Assembly (NCBI GenBank): GCA_024704765.1
Contig: JAKMXF010000298.1
Span: 462,050 to 526,049 of the forward strand
Direction: 5' to 3'
DNA length: 64,000 nt
DNA from: Oopsacas minuta
Taxonomy: Eukaryota > Animalia > Porifera
Below the pieces are notes generated by a model. It did no database searches and was not told the origin of the DNA. It worked only from the letters and a program-made list of their open reading frames with translations. The stretch's first letter is position 1. Each line of letters begins with the position of its first letter. Below are positions 1-11,934 of this stretch, piece after piece. The position numbers were made by a program, and so were the translations under genes.

Positions 1-372
1 AAAAGTATATTAATGGAACTTTTCAAAAGTAGCACTATTAATTGGAGACCTATAATATGTAAAATTAACTCAATAGCCTCAAATACACAAATAGCTCCTC
101 AAATAATTAATCCCACTTCAAATAAATTCAATAAACATGCTAAGCTGTCGGCAAGGATAGGATTATAGATTGTTTTCAATGAAAATTAGGAGTACGAATG
201 TGGAATAGATATAAATCTGTCGGTAGCTTGGATGTGTGAGGCTTTGAGCTTTGAGAGGGCTACCTTTAAATACAAAATGAATATACACTTCATTAAATAA
301 AACTGTTCATACAATACAGTATATATGTACATACAACATCAAAAGTTTTAAATAATAAGGTAGAGACTGTGA

Positions 373-2586
373 CTAACTATGACCAGGAGTACTAACAGAT
401 TCATATTCACAAGAATATGTCCTGAAGTAGTAAATTTCAAAGTCAATAATACAAGTTATCTTGTTATTGGAGAAATCAGATTCAGGTACGTACTTTGAAG
501 GATTCATGTCTAACTCTAGACGGTATAATCCTGGTGGAGTAGAAGTTACATCTATCCATTGACAGTCTAAATACTCACTATACAAATCATAACAGTTAGG
601 AGAGATACCCTGATTTCCAGTTCTACCATACCCGCATCTATGCGAGGCCACGCCCCCCGGAAAACATCCACTATCCTCTAGACAGAAACTAGCCTTGTGC
701 CCTTCTCCTACTGATACAAAGCCGTCAAATGATTTCAGAGAATAATCAACGAAATGTTCAATTGAGTGATAATGCCCGTGACATTGATGGTAATCCCACT
801 GATCACTAGACACTGCAGGTCTAAAGTGATCAGATCCCAAATTATCACTCCGTGTGGAGAAGGTTAGAAGTGTCCGTCTGTCATATCTGTTGTCAGGATC
901 TGCGTCTGGAGCCAAGCATCCGTCCTCTACAGCACATTTCTTATACCTTGTGTAGATTAAATTTGTAGAATGTGTATTGAATATGCCACCGAGTGATCTC
1001 AATAATATATCTATGTTAGGCACTAGATCAGGGAGAACTGAAGAACAACATACATAAGTATATTGTTGGGAAGGACAAGACACAGATATATTAAATTCCT
1101 GACTGTTACAACCATCAGTATAACAGCTACCTTTCTCGCAGGTATAGTTTCCTTGAGAAGAATATATGATGTCACTACGAGGAGCAGTACAACCAGAATT
1201 GGATAAATATTGTCCTTTAGCTTCTCTACACACTGTAGCTAGATTGTATTGAATACCAGTGTTATCCTCACAACAATGAGGAAACCATTCTTCTCCGTGT
1301 TTGAACTCAAGCAGGTTGCACTCACCTCCGAAACGGTTTCCATAAGGTAAACTCACAGGTGTTTCTAACCGCACTTGCGGTTCTGGTGGTTCTGCTTCAC
1401 ACCTGAGCATAATATCAGTGTAGTGATATCTGCAGTAATGATCGTTAGTTGAAGTTATTACAGTGTGTGAACAGTCTGTTAATTTCTCTTCATTACCCTT
1501 ACACGCAACATCACGTAGATTAATAGCACCATATCCTGCATTACGTAGATCTCGTGACGTATATCCTATAAACCTAAATCCTAACTGTCTACAGGCTACT
1601 ATAGCTGATTGCCTTAAGAACCCGTGGTTACACACACTACCCCATTCATCATCAATTTTAACCTCAAGTCTACCTTCCCAAGGCTTGACCTTACTCCTCA
1701 AACGGATCTCACTTTGTTCTAACTCGCCACACTCGAATTTAGCTTCACATGCACACTGTACGCTAAACACACCATACTCAGCTAGATGTGGAAAGGGACC
1801 CCATCCCCAATGAGAGCAATCTTTGAGCTCATTTTCTGAACCAGTGCAATAGGGTTTAGCTAACAAAATGGGCTCATAAATGTCAAGAAGATATTCGGGA
1901 GGAACAGGACCTAAGTATGTATAGTATCCTAACTGCTCGCATACAATTGAACCTACTATTCTATCAACTCCTATACTTGATATAAACCCTTCTTCACCGT
2001 TATAAGAGATTTGTACAACTCCAGAGCAACGAGATTGGAGCTTAGGAATTTCTATATCAGGGGAGTCAGGAATATCTAATCCAGGGAGATAGAGCGAAAC
2101 TGGTAGAGATTCAGGTTCATCGTAAGTCTTTTTGTAACAAGTCAAGGCTAGATCTCTGCCATGATAATAGCCGTAATAATCTCTGCAAAATCTTGGCTTA
2201 TCTTCACTTATAATACATTGTTTGAAAGAAGGTTCACTCCCACGACATTCTATGTAACTCAATAGCATTGGTACATTATAAGGAGCTCGCGAACAAAAAA
2301 AGTTATTACTGTATTGAGAGTGACTATATCCCATTTCTCTACAAAGTAGATCACCTGTATCTTTAGTCAAACGGTTACGACAAATTGTCCCCCACCTTCC
2401 GTTAAAGAATACTTCAACTCTTCCACTTACACTCCTCGAACTTTCCCTACACCTATAATCCTGTACCAGACGTACATCAATATACCCCATTAACTGCTCA
2501 TACGTGGGTGATATTAATGAATCGTATTGTGAGACGGATAATCTCAACAACACAGTTATGATAAACAAACAAGAAAGAAGAAACAT
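373..2586 (-). CDS. LOXL: Lysyl oxidase-like protein (signal peptide, 3 SRCR domains plus a degenerate 4th, LOX catalytic domain); intronless, 737 aa
   Basis: Hydrophobic N-terminus; SRCR motifs (GRVEVFFNGRWGTIC, GRLEVKIDDEWGSVC); Cu-binding WDYHQCHGHYHS; LTQ Lys in GHKASFCLED and Tyr in CYDLYSEYLDCQWIDVT. Confidence 0.95.
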   Translation of the reverse strand: MFLLSCLFIITVLLRLSVSQYDSLISPTYEQLMGYIDVRLVQDYRCRESSRSVSGRVEVFFNGRWGTICRNRLTKDTGDLLCREMGYSHSQYSNNFFCSRAPYNVPMLLSYIECRGSEPSFKQCIISEDKPRFCRDYYGYYHGRDLALTCYKKTYDEPESLPVSLYLPGLDIPDSPDIEIPKLQSRCSGVVQISYNGEEGFISSIGVDRIVGSIVCEQLGYYTYLGPVPPEYLLDIYEPILLAKPYCTGSENELKDCSHWGWGPFPHLAEYGVFSVQCACEAKFECGELEQSEIRLRSKVKPWEGRLEVKIDDEWGSVCNHGFLRQSAIVACRQLGFRFIGYTSRDLRNAGYGAINLRDVACKGNEEKLTDCSHTVITSTNDHYCRYHYTDIMLRCEAEPPEPQVRLETPVSLPYGNRFGGECNLLEFKHGEEWFPHCCEDNTGIQYNLATVCREAKGQYLSNSGCTAPRSDIIYSSQGNYTCEKGSCYTDGCNSQEFNISVSCPSQQYTYVCCSSVLPDLVPNIDILLRSLGGIFNTHSTNLIYTRYKKCAVEDGCLAPDADPDNRYDRRTLLTFSTRSDNLGSDHFRPAVSSDQWDYHQCHGHYHSIEHFVDYSLKSFDGFVSVGEGHKASFCLEDSGCFPGGVASHRCGYGRTGNQGISPNCYDLYSEYLDCQWIDVTSTPPGLYRLELDMNPSKYVPESDFSNNKITCIIDFEIYYFRTYSCEYESVSTPGHS

Positions 2587-3133
2587 ATTAAATATAATAT
2601 AATAATATTCAATAGATGATTTAAGTATTCAGACAGATAAGCATTCTTATACATATATTATAGTTGAAATGTGGTCTCTCAGTGGTTTTGACTAACAAAA
2701 TAATCGTCTAAGACAACTCAATGATTAACTAGTTCTCAAAGAAATGGAATGAAAGCGAAAGTTATATTTCAATTATTTTGTTAATTGTCAGGTTCGTTGA
2801 AAAACAATAAATAATTAATAATATGTAATTAGTGTAAGACAATAGGAGACAGCTGATATATACTTTTCATATACGAATAATTAACTAAGTAATTATTACA
2901 AATTAAACACAGTTTCCAGCTAATTAATTAATATATAATAATGATGGGCAAGATTCATACCCAGGACAAGAGGAACTTGCAATTGATATATTATTTAATG
3001 TTTATTGTTGCTTTGCCTGTATGTACGTATATCAGATCAGATCTTAGAAAATAAGTTTTACAGAACACATATGTGATAGTATTGATGTAATAGTTTAAGA
3101 ATATTGTACACTAGCTAGCTAAGAATAACTAAC

Positions 3134-6100
3134 CTTGTTAACATCTAGACATAATAGATCATGTAACCATTTCTCAACAAGATCTCCCACACCATATCTA
3201 ATAGGTTCCTCTAGAGTAACTTCCTGTAGTAGTCTAGAGCTAGTCAGCTGGGGTTCATCTGTTAGAGGTACTGACTGCTGGATAGACTGCTTCTTCAGCT
3301 GATCTATCAGTTTCAATGACAAACTTCTACCAGTACCCTCGTAACTAATAAGATAAATATATTGTAGTGTTCCGCCTATCAAGCAATATTTGCAAAATAG
3401 CAACTTCTCGTATTAACAAGGGAAATTCGTGCAAATTCGAATTATATATAATAAGTTAGCTCCAGTGTAATTTCTTGTTATTTGTCCTGTTTGGCCTTTG
3501 GGTAATGAGATCTAACGTGACCAAAAATTAAATAAATCATTGCGGCTACAGTAGCGTAAATCTATACTTTCAGGACGTGGAATAGGTGATATAATTATCA
3601 AATAACAAATTTGTATTATTTTCTGCTGGTACAGTGAACCGACAGTGTTTATGATTTGAAATAGGTTCCGCAAAACACATTCGCCTGAATAATCCTACAA
3701 TATACTAAACCCACAAATTTTTTATGTCCCAACGAGTGTCGGTTTGCGCAAGTTCGTCGGCTGTAATCTACGTGCATAGAAAAGAAGTACACAAAAGTGA
3801 ATGACTAACAGTATTCGGTGTATTACTTTGCTATGATTATACATATTATAAGTTGGTGACGGATATTATAAATGTGCGCATGAAGATGATGGTAGCCCGG
3901 TTGGATCTGAACTTTTGCCCAAGTTCAAATTGATGGTCAATTATCGTATTTGTGACTCTATCAAATTCTAATAATATTCTTTATGTTCTGTTAGAATAGC
4001 AGAATTATCGTCTATTCTGCAAGAAATAAAGAACCAATAATATGCGTATTTACCAATTTCAATTTCCTTCAGCAAAAGCAGGATTGACAAAAGACAGTAG
4101 AAGTTCTGGGCTGCTGGTAACAACTGTACGTCTCCAGCACTTACCCTAGACTTAGAAGACTATTTCTTGGTTATGAAATAATTAGGAAAGATAAATATTT
4201 GAAATATTAAATTATTAATTCAATTTTATACTTTGCTAAATTCGAGGCAAGAAGTACCGAGTCCTATGTGAACACAAAGTGTTCACAAGTCGCGCAGCGT
4301 GAGCAAGCGAAGCGGTTCGTCTATTATATATATTGTTTCTCTCCTAAACAACTCTAATTATTTGACGAATATATTCGTGTATCAAATTTACCATATAATT
4401 AATGTGGAATATCTTCTTTAATAAATAAGTTATATAAAATAATCAAAATGAGCAAATTAAATTATAGAGTTACACCTTAATGAAGAGATAAGAAATGACA
4501 TCTGATTCCATTGCTCCAGGAATTACAGTTCATTAAATTATCCAATTAATACTTGGGTAAACATACTTAATGTATTATATTACAATAATGTTTGTATAAG
4601 TACGAGTGAATAGGATTGTAGAAAATGTAATGTTATGTACTGGATTCGATCTTTTGAAGAGATATTTGTTAATAAGTAAAGGTTGTTTTGTTCATGGAAT
4701 AAATGCCAAAAAATAGATATGTGAAAAGATCCATAAATTTGAACTCAATCTCGGAATAGTCAACTTTACTAAAATGAAAGGAAAAAACCCTTGTCAACAA
4801 TTGAGAAATTATTTTAATATGTTCGGGAAATGACCTGGGTTAACAGTAGAGTGGAGTTATTTCCTATTCATGCAAGGAAATAGCCAAATTATTCCTAAGT
4901 ATTGAAATTCCATTATATTATAAATTGCCAGTTTGATGTTAGTCTGTTAGTTACGATATATACATCTTCAAAAATTGGTTGAAAACTTTTGAATTTGGTT
5001 GTAGTTCTTGTTACTATATTTGTGTTGAAATCATAAAATAGTCTATAAGTTTCGTTTCAGTATTATTGTCAATACTATTTGGTGTAATGATATATATATG
5101 GGCAGGCAAAGAGAGTCACATCAAAAGTTATACGTATGTAGATTGTTTTACACACTATTGATATATATATAATGCTTATTATACGAAAAAATTTTTCTTC
5201 TAGAATTTCTTAAGTTCGATTTCTCGTACAGTTAAATATAATAGAGATTCTACCCAATACTTACCCATTAACGGTAGAAGCCATGAATATCAAATACGGT
5301 CCCATCAACTTCCTAACCATTGGTAGAGGAATAGCAGCAGCTTCATCGATAACGAGAAGCTCAGCATGAGATAGATAATGCGAATCATTCGGGTGGATGT
5401 ACTGCACAATTTGACGATGTTCTCTGAACACGTTCAAGCGAGTCACTGCTCCTTTAAACTCTGGATTAGTAGACCGTAATATTTCATAATCAATATGCTC
5501 TTCATAGCCAAGAGCATCTAATCCTTTAAATAAGAACTCGAATAAAGTTCTCAAGTTTTCCGGAGATGGTGACGTCACGAAAATTGCTCCATACCTATTC
5601 ATATAGAAATTGGTAATATTTTGAAATCTGATTGAATTAAGGCTCAGTGAAATTAACGCGAATGAATATTTTTAAAGTCTTCAATTCTAAGTAAATAGTC
5701 CCCCTAAACTCAATTAATATGCTAGATGATAAACACATTTCTAGACTATCGAAATGACCTTCCCTGTTCATATCCCGCGTATATAGGATTCGTCTTGAAA
5801 TCTATCCACATATTATACTGCGAAAATACACATACGAACGAACCCGAAAGCAATAGCCATTGATAAAGCTAGTCCCATACAGGCAGATTTCCCCCTCCCT
5901 CTAACTGCTGTAATAGATATAGTAGTACGTAAGGTCTTGTCAGATATTGAGTCAGCTAATTTGAGTAGTGTCTTAGACTGATCCAGAGTACAGCAGCATT
6001 TCAATACGTCGATCAGTGGTTTAGTATCAGAGAGTGAATCCTGTAAATATTAGAAAAGTACCATACTTGAGGAAAAAATCCCAAGAAAATTATTCCCACA

Positions 6101-9100
6101 GAAAGTATAATATTGTTTTGGGCAGTCCAACGTATATACTTCGATGCAACTGTTTTATGATAATAATATTGTTCAGGACTATTTCACATACTGAATTTCC
6201 CTGCCGGGGGCTAGAAAACACCACAAGACTTGCGAATAAATTTTATCGTCACCCTCTAGACTAACTGTTTTTGATGAAATGTATGTCATATTTCACTATG
6301 GAATAAAATAGGAGAATTAGTTAGAAAACACATTTTTAGAAAATATTTAGACGAAAAATGCCCAGTAAAATAAAATGCAACTGATCGCTTATTCGGAGGA
6401 ATTCGGTGTTTCGAAATTCTATTTACTTTCAATTTTCCCAGTTCATCACTGGTAGCATTCACAACAGTAGGGAGTACTGTCAAATTCTTCATAGTTCTTG
6501 AAGATAACGGTAGAACATGGTATGTATCATCAAGAGCTAGGAACGCGTGACAAGCTGTGAGGGAGAGTAGGAATCTCTCGTTGAATCTGCCGACAACATC
6601 TTGGTGACTGTCTGTACGATATCTAGCATGTACATCCATTGTAAGAGTGTATAGCTGTTTTAAAGAATTAAGAGTTCTGAGTAGGATCACGATAAGACCA
6701 CCTCCCTCTACCTATAATACAATATTGAATAGATATTATTATTGCTTAGAACAGAAATAATGTATAGCTGGTGCAGGTTTCACAAAGTTTATAATCAAAT
6801 AACAATCACATAGATACAAGCAGTAAACACAAATAATCAAAAAAACAAACAAACAAACAAACAAAATAAGCAATCAAATAAACAAATAAACAAACAAACA
6901 TACAAATACACAAACATACAAAATGAACAAACGTGAATACATACAGTATTGCCTAGTTAATAGGTATACCTGGGGCAATTCGCACTCCTTAACCTGCCAG
7001 AACAGGAGTACGTATTGACAAAACAAACTCATATCAAAATACTTTTTAAATAATTAGAATTCAAACTGGCTAACTACTCGGGATATGATAACTCTAGTGA
7101 TGAAGAGGAGGTGCTGATAGATGACATCTACAGAGAGAAATACGACTGGATGGAGAAATTACTCAAATTCGAGTATGAAGAGGCTATACGAGAAACAGCT
7201 AGCAACTTCCATGAGCTATACAGACGTATTGAGGAACAGGAACGTCTAGTGATCACTAAGCTAGAGTTAGAGAGAGATGAAGCTATGGAATTGATACATA
7301 AACAGTATACTAAAGTTAAAAAGCTAGTCGAAACGAGAGCTACAATGATAAAGGACAATAGTATCATGTTAACTGACAAAGAAATTGACAAATGTACAAA
7401 GAACATGCTCAACGTCACAATGACGAAATTAACCTGGGATATGGAAACAATAGAACCATTTCTAGAAAGTCTATGTCAAATAGAAGACGTTGAAAAATAC
7501 ACTACGCCATACTGGTCTAAAATAACGAGAGGAATGGAAGAGTATGAAATTGAGACACCTCGTGGCATGGCAATCGACCCATCAACTAACTACATATACA
7601 TAGTTGATTCAGGAGATCACACTGATAGAGTACAAGTGTTTGATGACTACGGTGTATTCTTGCATACACTCTCTGACCCTGGTGAGATAAAATCTCCATT
7701 CGGTATATATCTACATGATGATACGATATACCTCACGTGTATGGACACGCCAACAGACGAGGATCAGACAAGTATTGCAAAGATGGATAAAGCTACAGGA
7801 ATCATTGAGCTACTCAAAGAGACAGATGATCCAATCTATCATCCGTTTGTTGATAGCGAAAACGATCCTACTATTCTTATATACGGATGTGGTATGTACA
7901 ATCATAGGCTACACGTTTTTGACACTTTTCTAAACACAACTGAAGAATCTCCAATCAACATGAATACCATTAATAACCATGATGAGATATTCGAACTAGA
8001 AGCACGTACAAAGGTGATGAGTTGTAAGGTATTTGATGGGGAAGTATTCCTGCTGCTAGCTTTCACAGAATTTCCAGTGCAAGTGTTCGATATGACAGGC
8101 ATTCTACAGAAGAAACTCGTCGACAATAAAAAGCTTCTGGAGCCCTTCAGCTTCTGTTTTGATATATTCAATAATATGATCATAGCAGACAGAGGTCAAA
8201 ATTGTGTGAATCTGTACAGCTCTGTCAGTGGAATATTTCTCAGAGAAATCGGTGAAGGAGCCGGGGCAGATATAGGTCAGTTCGTTGGACCAAAGGGGAT
8301 CGTTATCGGTAGGAAACAGCAATACATTATTGTGGATAGCAAAGATATTTTCACGCTGCAAGCATTCTAAACTACGTTAATAATTAGACTGTAATTTGGG
8401 CCTTTGCGGAACAAGCAGCTAAAGCATGTTTTCTTGATTATTCATTTTGCTACTTCTAATTTATTCATTTGCTACTTCTAATTTATTGTCAATGTGCATT
8501 TGTATAAGATTTGTAAATATTCCTTAAATTATGAAAATGTTAGTAACTGCGATGTTTAAGAAGAAACTTGGGGTTGTTCATTCAAAAGTGCGGATTTTGT
8601 AATACATGTGGAATCTGGAAAGTAGGTCACCTGTATAGGAATGGCGGGAAATTTGGTCGCCGAAGCATCCATGTCGGTATAAACACTAATTCAGGTTACA
8701 TCCCCGCTCCAACCAACGCAAAAGTCCCTCAAAATGATCTGAAACTGCATCCAAACAGGTTTGGTAACTAATTCAGGGTAATCCCTATTACAACCTAGCA
8801 AGTCGAAGTAGTGCCTCAAAAGACCTGGAACAAGGACGATTTTTCTCGTGGAAATTCTACCTCGACCATCTTTCCTTCAACGCCTGTATAGAACATCTAC
8901 ATTGGTAAACGGACACTTAGGTGCATGGAAATTTTGTGTCACGATATTATATTTCTGGCCAAACTTTTAACTGGAAATTATAATTATTACAAAATATCAA
9001 ATTATATAAATAAAAGTAAACTAATGATAAACAGAAAATATTCTTCGTATTAGCCAAACAGATTAAAATATTCAAAAGCAAATAACTGGCATAGTTATAG

Positions 9101-10673
9101 GATATACGTCTGTACAAGAATGTGTTTACCAGACAGATTGGCAAATATATCCGTAATTATTCCATAACTTATATTGTATGTAACATATGATTGTGTTAAT
9201 GTAAGGGAGATACTGTTGTTTGCATAAACAGATATTAGTTCCTATCAAATTCAGTACTAATTGAATGCAAAAATATTTATGACTGAATTTGATGGGAAAT
9301 AATAAGGAATAATTAGAATTAGCTACATACAGTTGACTCCACTAGACAACTTTTTGGGAATCGCAATATACCCCCAGTAGTAGTCCAGCATATAATTACT
9401 TTCGCATCATTGTGACCCAATCAAGCAGAGTGGATTCTCTGTGACGCCTCCAGGAATGTTGAACAATCAGGGAAATCAAAATCTGTTCGAGATAGCGAAT
9501 TTTCGAGTTAACGGATGCCAAATGGTACTAAAAGTACAACGAAGGGAGAAAATATTCGTTGGATTTACCCAGCATTCAAGATAGCGAACGGTTTTTCTAT
9601 ATAAACCGAATAGTAAAACGAGGGGAAATGAAAATTCGTTTAAGATAGCGAATGTTCGAGTTAGATGATATGGATTGTAATAGTAATTTTACTCTGTAAT
9701 ATGAAAATGCACTTGAAAAAATAAACTAATCGGGTAAAGCGTTGCAGGAATATGATTACTATAAGCTAGGGGCGGTCCCCGGATTTTGCATACATTGGGC
9801 TAGGATTTCAAATCCAGGGAAAATCTTATTAAATAATAGGCAGTGGTGGTTTGAGGATCTGTCAGACCCAGGGCAGGGTTTCAAATCCGGGGCAAATGCC
9901 CCTTTGCCTCCTAATTGATATGGACGGTCGCTTTCATATAATATTTCCCCGAGTGAAGTTTGCTATATAGTGATTTAACTCTTGTACGCATAATAACTCC
10001 TTGAGAGATGCTGGGCGAATTGTGGGGCCAGCCTGACGCTAATCCAGCGGTTCCCAACCATTTTCACAAGTGGACCCCAGGTTGGGAACCGCTGCGCTAA
10101 TCCAATAAAGATTTGGCTCACCGATATGCCAATATAAACACTTAATACACTAGAACAACCATTAAGTAAATTACAATCCGAATTTAAACAATAGTATAGT
10201 ATACTTTAACTTACAGTCTCAATGGTTCTAGCTAGGATATTAGGAGTTAGAGCTTCAAAATCTTGCAGAACACATGCTCCAAATGTGTTACCAAGAATCT
10301 TATGAGTCTCTGCATAATAACAATATCTTATATTAGTTGAAGATATGAACAATTCCCAAGGATCTCCTTCTTTGGGATCAATTAGCCCGATACGAATCCT
10401 CTTTTGAAGTTCTTTCATTCGTTTCTTACGGTGAGTAGTAAATCCTAGATCTTTCTTGTAGCACCAGAGCAATGATGGTCTACCGTGAGCCTCGCTACGT
10501 GCACGAGCAAGCAGCTGTAGCAGGGGTACTATCAACTCGCGGCTTTTGTCACCTACAATTAGGAAAATACTTCTGTGTTTATTAGCTACACCTTGTTCTA
10601 TCAGCTGAGTGACTCTAGAGTCTAAACGGACTTTTGTATTAGACTGTGATGAATGCTGTGTTGAATCTGACAT
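3134..10673 (-). CDS. NAT10: RNA cytidine acetyltransferase NAT10/Kre33, 5' half only (494 codons, 5 exons); GNAT half not in window
   Basis: Exons 10673-10215, 6711-6427, 6040-5844, 5594-5265, 3344-3134 join in frame with GT-AG ends (phases 0,0,2,2,0). Motifs LLWCYKKDLGF, VLQDFEALTPNILARTIETVEGGG, RGRGKSA, FVTSPSPENL, LLVIDEAAAIPLP, NGYEGTGRSLSLKL. The exon 3 donor (gttcgt) is the least certain. Confidence 0.93.
4224..4332 (+). mobile_element. Short non-autonomous Helitron/Helentron-like repeat (copies at 61858-61967 and 61553-61610, minus strand)
   Basis: TTTTATACTTTGCTAAATTCG...GCGTGAGCAAGCGAAGCGG aligns with the reverse complement of 61858-61967. Superfamily assignment is inference. Confidence 0.55.
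6840..6935. repeat. Imperfect (AAAC)n microsatellite
   Basis: aaaaacaaacaaacaaacaaacaaaataagcaatcaaataaacaaataaacaaacaaacatacaaa... Confidence 0.85.
7066..8370 (+). CDS. Coiled-coil plus NHL-repeat (TRIM-like, RING-less) protein nested antisense in NAT10 intron 1; start uncertain (CTG 7066 or ATG 7150)
   Basis: Frame open from 7054 to TAA 8368-8370; N-terminal coiled coil; NHL repeats (PRGMAIDPSTNYIYIVDSG..DRVQVFD, FVGPKGIVIG). Confidence 0.85.
   Translation: MANYSGYDNSSDEEEVLIDDIYREKYDWMEKLLKFEYEEAIRETASNFHELYRRIEEQERLVITKLELERDEAMELIHKQYTKVKKLVETRATMIKDNSIMLTDKEIDKCTKNMLNVTMTKLTWDMETIEPFLESLCQIEDVEKYTTPYWSKITRGMEEYEIETPRGMAIDPSTNYIYIVDSGDHTDRVQVFDDYGVFLHTLSDPGEIKSPFGIYLHDDTIYLTCMDTPTDEDQTSIAKMDKATGIIELLKETDDPIYHPFVDSENDPTILIYGCGMYNHRLHVFDTFLNTTEESPINMNTINNHDEIFELEARTKVMSCKVFDGEVFLLLAFTEFPVQVFDMTGILQKKLVDNKKLLEPFSFCFDIFNNMIIADRGQNCVNLYSSVSGIFLREIGEGAGADIGQFVGPKGIVIGRKQQYIIVDSKDIFTLQAF
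9766..9933 (+). mobile_element. hAT-like MITE family member (inverted copy 40082-40251, partial copy ~30590-30670)
   Basis: ggcagtggtggtttgaggatctgtcaga...tttcaaatccggggcaaatgcccc matches the reverse complement of 40100-40250; GGGGCGG-type ends. Confidence 0.65.
10045..10094. mobile_element. 50-bp hAT (Charlie-like) mini-MITE
   Basis: Perfect 15-bp TIR CAGCGGTTCCCAACC / GGTTGGGAACCGCTG; perfect 8-bp TSD CGCTAATC (10037-44, 10095-102). Confidence 0.92.
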
Positions 10674-11106
10674 TATATTATCTACTGTAACCGAACTAAC
10701 TAAACAATTTCATAATATATTTCCAGGCAAGTGCTGGAGTATTATAGCTACGAATAAATATATGTAACTAATACTTAATGGAAGTGAAGTGGAAGTTTAC
10801 TAGTTCATTGAAAAATGGCAAATAATTATGAATTATTCAATTACTCAATAAATGAACAATTTTATTGGGAATCAGCTGGGCAAATAGCGAGTAAATAGTA
10901 GCTTGAATCAATCTAAAATTCTAAATGGCAGTTTAATGAAGCTATGATTATTTGTTTTCAGTTATTCGTTGAGTAATTAGTTGAGTAATTCATGAATTAG
11001 TTAACTAAGAGTGAAATATCCTCAGTAGGTATCATTTCCAAATAATTAATATGCAGCAGACCGCGCTCAATTAAGGTATTTGCCGATACGTGTATATTAT
11101 TAATAG

Positions 11107-11769
11107 TCAATATACACACTTATTCCTCTGATATCTATAGACAAATAAGTGCTCATTTGCTGCTCTCCTCTCCATCACCAATTCACCTTTAATATCAAAT
11201 CCTTCCAAATACTCTCTCACTTCCTCAGGTTTATTCTGCTTTATAAGCAAAAGATAGAACACACCTGTTGGGGAAAGGAGATTTGGAATTTGAGAGAGAA
11301 GTCTATTCGTAACAACTCTACCGTCAGCACCTCCAGCCCAAGAGGCCTCGATACCACACCCTCCTACCTCAACCTCTGACGTCACTACATAAGGCGGATT
11401 GAATACCAACAAGTCTACAAATTTATGTAACTTCGTGTTTGAGACTAAATCAGTATTAACAATCTGTACAGAACACTTATTGTATTCTGTAGTGTATTTA
11501 GTAGCTAAACAAGCGTAATGGTTAATATCAGTAGCAAAGTATATACAGTTAGGACCAAGCATCCTAGCTAAGAATGTAGTTATTATTCCAGATCCACAAC
11601 CTACTTCAAGACTTATTAAAGGGTTCAATTTATGAATAATAAAGCTGTCTTTCTCAAGTGAATCTAAGAGGAGATAAGTATCTTCTGAGGGAGGGTAGAA
11701 TTTATCTTTTAGCTTGTTTGATTCAGGACCTAGATCTGGAGTGCTAAAGTCAAATGTAGAGCTATTCAT
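11107..11769 (-). CDS. N6AMT1: HemK2/N6AMT1 glutamine methyltransferase, intronless, 220 aa
   Basis: YPPSEDTYLLLD, SAM motif LEVGCGSG, catalytic FNPPY, WAGGADGRVV. Confidence 0.95.
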   Translation of the reverse strand: MNSSTFDFSTPDLGPESNKLKDKFYPPSEDTYLLLDSLEKDSFIIHKLNPLISLEVGCGSGIITTFLARMLGPNCIYFATDINHYACLATKYTTEYNKCSVQIVNTDLVSNTKLHKFVDLLVFNPPYVVTSEVEVGGCGIEASWAGGADGRVVTNRLLSQIPNLLSPTGVFYLLLIKQNKPEEVREYLEGFDIKGELVMERRAANEHLFVYRYQRNKCVY

Positions 11770-11934
11770 TCTAATATTACATTAAATAGCTTGTTTCCCG
11801 TAAATTATCCCTCTCGAAATAATAATATTAATAATGGGAGAAATACCCTAAACAGCTAACTGATTACAGTAGAATTCGGGTAAGAAGTACAGTGTCGTAC
11901 ACTCAGTTAGGTAATACTTCTTTCATCCTAAACT

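Noticed and set aside
2945-2990. Minus-strand ASSSCPGYESCPS as a possible NAT10 exon 6
   Set aside because: No in-phase AG acceptor, and the conserved LYYVNRDTLF does not follow.
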